From the NCBI GenBank assembly GCA_012295275.1, contig CM022670.1:21204001-21268000 (forward strand): 64,000 bases of DNA. The letters are read 5' to 3'. Below, piece after piece: positions 54,717-64,000 of this stretch. The notes below the pieces were generated by a model, which did no database searches, was not told the origin of the DNA, and saw only the letters and a program-made list of their open reading frames with translations. A program made the translations under genes and the position numbers. Position 1 is the first letter of the stretch. Each line of letters begins with the position of its first letter. Origin of the DNA: Chrysomallon squamiferum (lineage: Eukaryota > Animalia > Mollusca).

Positions 54717-57700
54717 TCAGAGTTTACAGTTACCAGGAGATCTGGGAAATGGAATGACATCTCTGATGTTGGAAACACCAAGAAGAAACTGCAGGTATCT
54801 CTCAAAACCCATCCCAAACCCACCATGTGGAGCTGTTCCAAACCTTCTCAGGTCCAGATACCTGTAATAATAATAACTTCAAAATAATTAGAGCTAAAAC
54901 ATTAGATTACAAAGGAATAAAATAAATTACTACTTTGATTACAGATTAAATATCACTAGTGTGTTTGTCATGACAGAAATGATTATGAAAAGAGTTCCAC
55001 AGACTTCCAAATGGATTATATAATACAGTTCATAAATGAAATAATTAGGCTTCTGAGAATGAATGAAGTATGGCATTTCTCTTTAAGTGATATTATAGCA
55101 CATAAAACATCCTTTACACAAGGTTATCACTAGGATTTCTAAATTACTATTTTTATAATAATTAATAGCAAAAATTTTGTTAAGTAACAAATAAAACAAT
55201 CACATAAAAAAAAAAAAAAAAAAGGAGAAATAAAAACATTTGTTTTATGTTCATACCAATACAATACATTTTTACAAGAAACACAACAAGCACAAAGAAT
55301 ATTTTTATGTATATTTAAGCTGTACTTTCCTAACACCGCAGATTCACTTCAACAACAAACTAAACAAAATTAATATATACAAAATAATACACTGAGGTGG
55401 TTTGTTCACTGTATTGCATATACACTGTAAGAACATTATTAATACATATTTCTTGATACTGTAAAGAAAATTAAAACGAAACAAAAAAAATACATAGTCG
55501 ACTCACCAGTCATAGTTCTCTCTGTTTTCTATGGAGTTGAGTTTCTTGTCGAGAACATCAAATCTGTGTTCCCTTAGAGTCCCACCAATCAGCTCACCCA
55601 CAGATGGGACAAGCAGATCAACTGCAGCCACCTTGGTGAAAGTTAAATAAATTAATAAATCAAAGAATCAAACAGTTTACAATAAATGTTTCTTTAATTA
55701 CCTTTGTATATTTTTGTTATGATTAACGGTTTATCTGCATCTGTAAATTACTTTTGTAAGGATGACAATTTAACAGAAGAATGTCACTGCCATCACTTTT
55801 ACAGCAGTAAGACACTGCTTACAAGGACCTTCCTGCATCAGGAAAGGACATATATAATCTTTTACAATGGTCCAACAGCTAACTTTGATAATTTTATCTG
55901 CATACTTTCTTTCTCACAAACACATTTGTTTTCACACACAAAAATACACAATCACATATACACATATAAACTCTCTTATTTACACACAAACATACATACA
56001 CACACACACACACACATATACACTGTATAGTTAAGCATACACACATACATGTGTATCAATGCATTTTTAAGGTGCTTTTTGGAATTTAAGTGGAAGCAGG
56101 TTTCTTACACTGTCTTTAAAATAGTGAACTGTTTCAAGTATACTGAATCTCGAATTTTTAAATAATAATTCAACAGACTCAACCACATGCCTGACACACA
56201 ACACATTCATGTATATCATACAAAGCACAGTCAGACACATCTGAAAAATAAAACATTCAACATACCACACAATCAAACAGATGTAGGACACGCACAATAT
56301 ACATGCCACTCATACAACACATTGAAACATGTCTGACACAACACACTCAACCACTTCTGAAACACAACACATACAACCACGTGCGAGGCAGAACATTTTC
56401 ATCCACATCCAACCCACAACACACTCAACCAGATGTCTGGCACACAACCTACATAGGTACACACACTGTCAACTCACAGTTTTTTGGTCATCATTCAGCT
56501 TTGCATAAAATGGTTTCAGCTGAGCAGGGAAGTCAGTTACAAACACTGGGACACCCCCAAGAATTTCAGTGAGGTACTTCTCATGCTCTTTTTGGAGGTC
56601 ACATCCCCACTGAAATCAAAATAATTTAATGCATAACTGTTCATATATTCTGCATATCAGTATCTTTGTTGAAAAAAATAAAATAAAAAATAAAATAAAA
56701 AATATAATTCTAATACCAGTCATAAAATTAATGAATACAGCATATACAGGGTGGTCCAGATGTAACCGAAACAAATTTTATTTCATATAGTTACAGCAAA
56801 TGTTCAAAATGCAAACCATTATTTGTAATACAGTGATGACATCGTTCAATGGTTCATTCAGTTACTTTTTTGAATATTTCCGGAGTAATATCTTTCCATG
56901 CGATTATGATGCTCTGTTTTAGATCATTGAGAGTCTTTGGTTTGTCACTGTGTTATCAAAGAAAAATGGGCCAATTAATCCAGAACTACAAAGGCCACCC
57001 CAAACAGTGACACCAGGCAAACTGAGCTCATGTTGCAATATCTCATGTGGATTTGAATCTGACCAATAAACACAATTATGTCGATTGACCCATCCGTTTA
57101 GTTTGAAGCAGGCTTCATCTGACCAGATAATGTGGTTCAAGAAGTCTGGAAAATCTTCACAGTAAGCCACAAAAGATTCACAAAATTGAAGACGTCTGTC
57201 TCCGTCATCTTCGTTAAGAGCCTGGAGTTCCCGCGGACGATATGGGTGCAAGCCAATATCCGACATGATGCGTTGTAAAGATGATCGTGATATGCCCAGC
57301 TCTGCAGAAGCACGTCTCTGGGATTTGCGAGGGCTGTTGACGTATGATGATGCTACTAATTCCTGGTTGGCAATTGTCCTCATTGTTCTTGGTGCACCAG
57401 GTTTATATGCATCAGTGACGTTGCCAGTTCGTTCGAATTTTTGTACCAATTCATAGATTGACGATTTTGATGGAGGTGGTGTATCAAACGATTCATTCCA
57501 ATGATCAATAACATTTTTGTAACTCCTCTTCGACAAATAATAACTTTTAACAGCATGAATACGTTCTTCCAATTTTAAAGTGCGTCGTGTGTTGGCCATG
57601 TCTGTTAAATGAAAGAGGGCGACAAAATGATAAAACGAAGACTATCAAAGAAGAAGGTTTCTGTCTTCTCTTAAATAGTCTTTGCAACACTTTCAGTGGT

Positions 57701-60486
57701 GATGATGAAACCGGTTAACACAGCCATGCACGTGAAGTCTCTTTACCAATTCTCCCTGATATCGATCGCTTCGGTATTTCGTGAATCTGACTTGAAATCA
57801 GTGATCATCGATTGAGCTTTCGGGTTCGGTTACATCTGGGCCACCCTGTATATATATATATAATTTTATTGCTTTGATGTAAGAATTATATTAAGTAAAT
57901 CCAGTTATGTGTAGTTAAATAATAGTTTACTGTTGTTATTCTTGTACTGAATCTGATCATATCAAACTTGTGTCCAACAAAAACTTACAGAAACTTTGAA
58001 CTGAAAATTTGGATTATTTTTCTCAAGCAATTCAACAGCATCTGTGTAGGACAACCTGTCGAAATAAAGATAAATAAACAATTAAAATATGAAAAAAAAT
58101 ATAAAAAAATATTTTAAATTAATAACCAATTTTTTTTTTTAATATAAGTAAATGAATTAAAAATTTTAAATAAAAAATAATTTAAAATAGTAAACAAAAA
58201 ATTAAAAAATTAAAATAAGAAAATAAATAAACACTTTAAAATAAGTAAACAAACAGTTATAATTTTATTTTAAAAAAATAATGATAACAAAATGTAAATT
58301 ACTTTAAAATAAGAAAATAAAGAAGCAGTTTAAAACAAGAACTGATTATTACCTTTCAAATGTACTGGACAAACATTTCTGAACTTTTTTCTTAAAAATA
58401 AAATAAATAAAAATTGAAAAATAAATTAATATCATTTTTTTTCATTTAATAAAATTTAAATCTACTTAAACATATACCTTTCTGATGACAACTTACTCAT
58501 ATTCATCTTTCCAATGTCCATACATCTGTACATTATAGGCACATGAGGTGATTATTAAAACAAAACGTACAAGCACATTGATTTCATTTGTGAAAAAGCC
58601 AACATAAATTTGGTTTTGTGAATTAGCTAACTTGTGATCTGGAACAGTAGTTTATAGAAATTTTAATGTATATCTAGTTAGTGTATATTCTGAATAGTTA
58701 GTATTTGGAAATGATGCAAAATGTTTCTCAAGATTCCAAAATTATGACATAATATATACAGCAAATAACTGTAGGGCATTTCTCAACAAACACATATTCA
58801 CTTATCTGTTTTTGATAAATTTAAAAAAAAAAAGATTTTGAGAAGTTCATGTATTCTGATTTTCTGAAGGTATTAAAACCAGTGAATATTCTCACCACAT
58901 GAGTGGGTTCAGCTATTCTCTGATGATAGAATTTGACATCCTCCAAATCACTAAGTCCTAGATATGTGATCCTTACCAAGTTTTCCATTATCTGTTGAAT
59001 GAAAGTTAAAGATGTAAATTGTAATGTGAACACACAAGGCCTTAAATCAACATCCTCATGTACACTTTATTATATAAAGAAGTTAAGAAAGAAAATGTAT
59101 GTAATTATGTATCTAATTATTCAGATAATGTTACATTCAACAAAAATTTATTTACACGCCTTGTCATACAAAGTAGGAAATTAGATTTAAGACAAAACAT
59201 TTATAAAAATTTATATGAATCTGACAGATAGATAGATAGATGAATAAAGATATAAATAAAGATATACAATTATACAGACATATAGTACATAATGCACATT
59301 TGTTTTTGTCATTAATACTTTGGATAATGTAAGTACAGAAATACAAATTTTATTAAACTATTTGAGGAGTTGCTACATGAAGAAAATAAAGAGACTGGAA
59401 ACCTGCATTAAATCTTCTAACTTCTGTATGAAAACAACTTCAGCTTCAATCATGTAAAATTCTGACAGATGATGTCTACCTCGAGAATTCTCTGCTCGAA
59501 ATGTCGGCCCAAAGTTGTACACTTTAGAAAATGCTCTGAAAACAAATGATTTATATTGAAACAGAATAAAATAAATAATATGTAATATAACAAAACAAAT
59601 AAATAAAAAAAATTTTTAGTTGTAATTTAAATAAAATGAATAAAAGAATAATGACAAATAAACTGTTTTAAATAAATGAAACATCTTTAAACTTCTATGA
59701 CACTAAGAAGATAAATCCGTTCAGAAAAGACTAGGAGGAGGTGGGTATTAAACTCTACCCTGCTACAGCTTCAAGATGAAGTTGTCCTGAAACTGTCAAA
59801 TAAGCTGGCTTGCCAAAAAATTCTAAATCTTCTTCCGTTTCTCCATCTTTTAGTGGCTGTGAAACTCCAGTTGGCTGAAATTAAAAAAAGTTTTTAAAAA
59901 TATCATACTTGACAGACAAATAAGATAATATCCTACTTGATTAACAAATATGATCAAATTTTACTTGAAAGACATGGCAAAATAATATCTAGCTTAATAA
60001 ATATGATATCCTACTTCATGAGATAATATCCTACTTAATAATTATTATATCTTTCATAATAAAAATAATATCTTTCGTATAATAAAAATATTCTATTTAA
60101 TAAATAAATACAATATCTAACTTGATAAACAAAAATGATACTATCCCTTTTTAATAGACAACATTCTTTGACTTTGTAACTAAAGAAAATAAGATTCTGG
60201 AACCATTTTTCAAAAATGCGCGAATCGCTTAAAATATTCACAACAATATTAATATCCCACCTTTGATGTAATTAAATCCAGCAACTGCTAATAAAACATT
60301 TTGATGGTAATTATAAGATATGAGATATCATTCAAAGATTCTTATTTTAAAAATGAATTAAGAGAAATTTGTTTACCTGTACTTTGAACACCTCTCCTGC
60401 TCCCTCACAGTCACTTGATGTCAGGATTGGTGTGTGCACAAAACAAAAGTCATGTTTCTGTAACATCAATAATAAAAAAAATAATA

Positions 60487-60569
<83 letters not shown>

Positions 60570-63500
60570 AAATAAAAAAATAAAAATAAAAATAAAAATA
60601 AGTTCAAAGAAGAAGAAGAAGAAAAAATAATTTATACAACAAAAATGAAAATGTAATTGCTAATAATAATGAAACAATGAATATGACATTACTGCTAATA
60701 AAAAACAGTTATAACATAAATAGTAAAAACAATGTAACATTATAAAACAATAAAGAGAAAGAAAAAGAAAAGAATTGAAAAGAAAAAGAGACAAGCAGAG
60801 AAAGAGAGAGAAAAATCAAACTTTTATTTCTAAACATTTTACAGCAAACTCAGCATTCAAACACATTATTTCCCTTTGACCAGTACTTAAACAAAAAACT
60901 GTACTGATATTCCACCTAATATAATTTTTTTTCTATTTTAATATAATACTTATGCTTTGTTTAGTAGTTGTTTTGACCTATTTTTATGAATTAACCTTGA
61001 CAAATCAGTATAATAATAATGATGATAAAGACCATAATGGTAAATAACAACAGTAATACAGATTTGTTATTCCTTCTAGAACACTATAACAGATTAAATG
61101 GTTATTTGTATGTTAAATATCAAATGAAACTTGTAACATATATACATTAATCTATATTTAACTGTCCACAATTATAAAAATACTACTGCCTACAATGAAA
61201 AGAAAATCTGTGGTTTGAAGTTCTTAGGCTGGGAATCATTTGCCTCATACTAACATGACACCAACATGAAACTGACTGTATCGGACATGAAACATAAATG
61301 AATGAATCTGTTAAAATAAAACGACATGGCAATACTGTACTTTTATAATGCTCTGTTTTGCAGAGGCACCTAACTGCATTGAACAACATATTATAGTGCC
61401 AATCATTATCATATTTTATGCTGGTGTTTCTTATTTTTCTATAGTTGTGGCCTAGATAATGTGAAGCAGCTGCATATCCATGTTGTCTGGTGTGGACTCA
61501 CTGAAGGACACCAGATTGCTTTAAAGAAGCTTTCTAAAATTTCTCCGCTCTGTTCAGATGTAGAAGAAAAAAAAGAACTTGCAACTGGCAATTTTAGATG
61601 TATAATTTTAAAACATTTCTGATTGTAATATGTTCATATTGGTTTTTTTCATTATTATATTACAATATAATTTGGAATATTTTACATTATAACTGAAAAC
61701 CAGTCTCCAAAATATGTCAGTGATTATCTTCTATTTGTATTAAAGCTGTAATAAATATTCTGTGAAACACTTTTTTAAAACTGCTTTTTGATGCAAGTAT
61801 AATAATGCTATATATATGTTAAATTTAATAATAAACTTTTATAATTCTTTATTTTTATTATTATTATTATTGTTATTATTATTACTTTTTATAAATTATT
61901 ATTATTTGTGTAATGGCAAAGTTATTTATTAAATATAAATAGAGATTTGTTCTTTCTATAATTTTGGCTTTATTAGCCGAAATCTTTGCTAGCGACTGCA
62001 AATATAAGGCTTATTTTCTTTGAACATGTCACAACAGTTATGCCAATAATGTTAAATAATGTAAAAAAAGCAATACAATAATGTGGTGTAATTTTTCTGT
62101 TATATTTTCACGCTACCATTTTATCCATGTGACTTTCTTTTATGGTACAATTTTTTTTTTCAAATAACACAAACGTGAACTTAAAAAGAGATTATTATAT
62201 GTAATAAAAAAAACAACAACAAGAAAAACGGGAAACCTGAAAAAAGTTATGAATTGCCATTGTAGCAGCATTTCGTATTCTCAGCAGGGCAGACATTGAT
62301 ATTGTTCGTGGTCGGAGATGTGGAAAGAGTCGAGTGTAATCAGGAGGGTGTCGTTTCCGAGCTTTGAATGGATACTCCTGAGAAAACAGAACAAGTTACC
62401 CAGATATCAGACAACGAGTGCAAATTCTGCATGGATGCTAGCAATTCTAAAATTTAAACTTTATACAATAATTATGTCAAATCCATCTGAGAAAAAAAGA
62501 AATTTATTTTTAAAACTCCTCATTTGTTGAACAAAATTGCAAAATGTTTTAATTTCTGGAAGCAATGAGGGACAAAAAAAAAACCGGTAGATTTTATTTA
62601 ATAATAATTAATTATATACAATACATTTTCAATAAAAAAAACAATTAAAATAAAATAAATTAAGTCCAAATTAATAATTATAAATTGATTAAATAATAAA
62701 ACTAGAAAAAAAAAAAAAAGTTAAAATAAGTACATTAATATTAATAACAGTAATTAAGAAATAACAATAATTATGATGAAAAGTAAACATGTTTTCAATA
62801 CCAGAGGGTCACATTCTCCTAAAACCGCCAGTTTCTCTGCAATGAGTTCAATTTCCTGTCCACTGTATTTACTCTTTACCAACTGTCCTTCGACAGAAAT
62901 ACAGCTTCCATATGTTACATCTCTGAAAAAAAAAGAATAAAACAAAGTAAAAAAACAAAAAAAATTATGTTTGTTCAAAAACACATTTTCAAATGAATTA
63001 TTACAAACTTTTGAGACTCAGGTTTATAAGCACAAATAATTCTGGAAAATGTTTTCTTAAACTGTTAAAGTAAACTTTCCTGATGTGAAAATATAGTTAC
63101 TACTAATGGGTTTTAAATTGTAAAGATCTCACATTCGAAAGATATATTTTGAAATAACCAGTGGTAAAGGTATTAAACAATCAAACTTTTTTATTTAATA
63201 TATATATATATATATATGATCAGGTTAGGCATTTAGTTGCACATTAAATGCAAGGTGCAAATGAATGTTCAGTTTGACATACTCTTTATACTAGAGTGGT
63301 TTTTTTCATGTTTCCTGTAAATGAATGGTAAGGATTACCAACTTTGTTCCCAAAACAGATCAATTATTTAACCAGTCAGGCAAATTAATCTCTTCTGTAG
63401 TGTTGTTAATCAAAACAAAACTATTTGTTACATGGATTTAGAAACAGTCCAGTAAGGCACCTCTGATTTTGTTTTGACTTGCTAACTTACTTGGTTAACA

Positions 63501-63600
63501 AACTGGAATCACAGACAACCTGCAGTGACTGCAGAGAGGACCCATCTGACAGCTGGAGAAAAGCTGTGTCCTTGTGTTTTCTCACTGCTCTTAGCCATCC
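54717..63600 (-). CDS. NARS2: Asparaginyl-tRNA synthetase, mitochondrial; 12 exons: 63600-63491, 62922-62802, 62377-62237, 60457-60377, 59874-59759, 59535-59403, 58991-58896, 58390-58353, 58055-57989, 56609-56478, 55631-55507, 54861-54717; first exon(s) lie beyond the window
   Basis: Phase-consistent GT-AG exons summing to 1305 nt. OB-fold [22 protein letters not shown]; motif 1 region [18 protein letters not shown]; [11 protein letters not shown]; motif 2 [25 protein letters not shown]; [13 protein letters not shown]; [10 protein letters not shown]; motif 3 [25 protein letters not shown]...DVIPFPR. This is a bacterial-type AsnRS, hence the mitochondrial enzyme. Confidence 0.95.
56170..56470. 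repeat. Degenerate CA-rich minisatellite (core acacaacacactcaaccacatgtctg) at the 5' end of a NARS2 intron
   Basis: The core recurs at about 56178, 56330, 56415 and between. Confidence 0.6.
56747..57848 (-). mobile_element. Tc1/mariner-superfamily DNA transposon (1102 bp), internally deleted, in a NARS2 intron
   Basis: 24-bp TIRs CAGGGTGGTCCAGATGTAACCGAA and CAGGGTGGCCCAGATGTAACCGAA (1 mismatch), with a TA target duplication at 56745-56746 and 57849-57850, enclose a transposase ORF. Confidence 0.95.
56919..57599 (-). pseudogene. Truncated mariner-like transposase (226 aa)
   Basis: N-terminal HTH region ([10 protein letters not shown]...[28 protein letters not shown]) and first catalytic Asp motif [17 protein letters not shown]...VWGGL...GPFFF are present. 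The motifs with the second and third catalytic residues are absent. Confidence 0.9.
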
Positions 63601-63682
63601 CTGAAATATCAATCAATTTTAAAAGTATAATTCAAGTTGTGATCAACACGGGGAAAAAAGAAGTAAAAAAAGGAAATAAATA

Positions 63683-63764
<82 letters not shown>

Positions 63765-64000
63765 TATTTTCACTAATAATAATAAATGAATCATTTCATC
63801 ATGGATGCAGACATACTGAATTGTAATACTACAGAAAATTATCATTTGAAATAACTTCCGGTTATGGTGATATATACCGAGAACACGTTCTCTTGTATTT
63901 CTGTTGTACATATCAATCCCAAAATTATTGTGCCTAAAATCCTTGGAAGTAAAGAAACCCCCAAATGACTATCGTCTACACACAAATAAGATGTAGATAA

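Noticed and set aside
60488-60567. ~80-nt poly(A) run suggesting a retrocopy tail
   Set aside because: No adjacent retroelement body or TSD. It reads as a poly(T) tract just upstream of a NARS2 acceptor, and its length may be an assembly artefact.

Overview
AT-rich, microsatellite-dense animal genomic DNA with spliceosomal GT-AG introns. It is most likely a mollusc (gastropod-like); that assignment is an inference from repeat style. Most entries in the ORF track are microsatellite noise. Hand-assembled gene models: (1) the last three exons of an LRRC74-like LRR/EF-hand gene on + (1950-8912); (2) a near-complete 12-exon LRRC74-like paralog on - (17876-32474), convergent with the first and sharing its last two intron positions; (3) a large non-RD protein kinase gene on - (42338-45821) with a 17-copy His-rich 14-aa repeat and a frame break between its N-terminal and kinase ORFs; (4) a 5-exon secreted Cys-rich protein gene on - (49291-51595) with a 1-nt frameshift, plus an inverted decayed copy of one of its exons; (5) 12 exons of mitochondrial asparaginyl-tRNA synthetase NARS2 on - (54717-63600), with an internally deleted Tc1/mariner element in one intron. 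Also present: two identical intronic initiator tRNA-Met genes, a third decayed copy, and several minisatellites. The most unusual structures are a 55-bp minisatellite that has copied an exon end and its 5' splice site ten times, and the split His-repeat kinase. No CRISPR or prokaryotic system is present.
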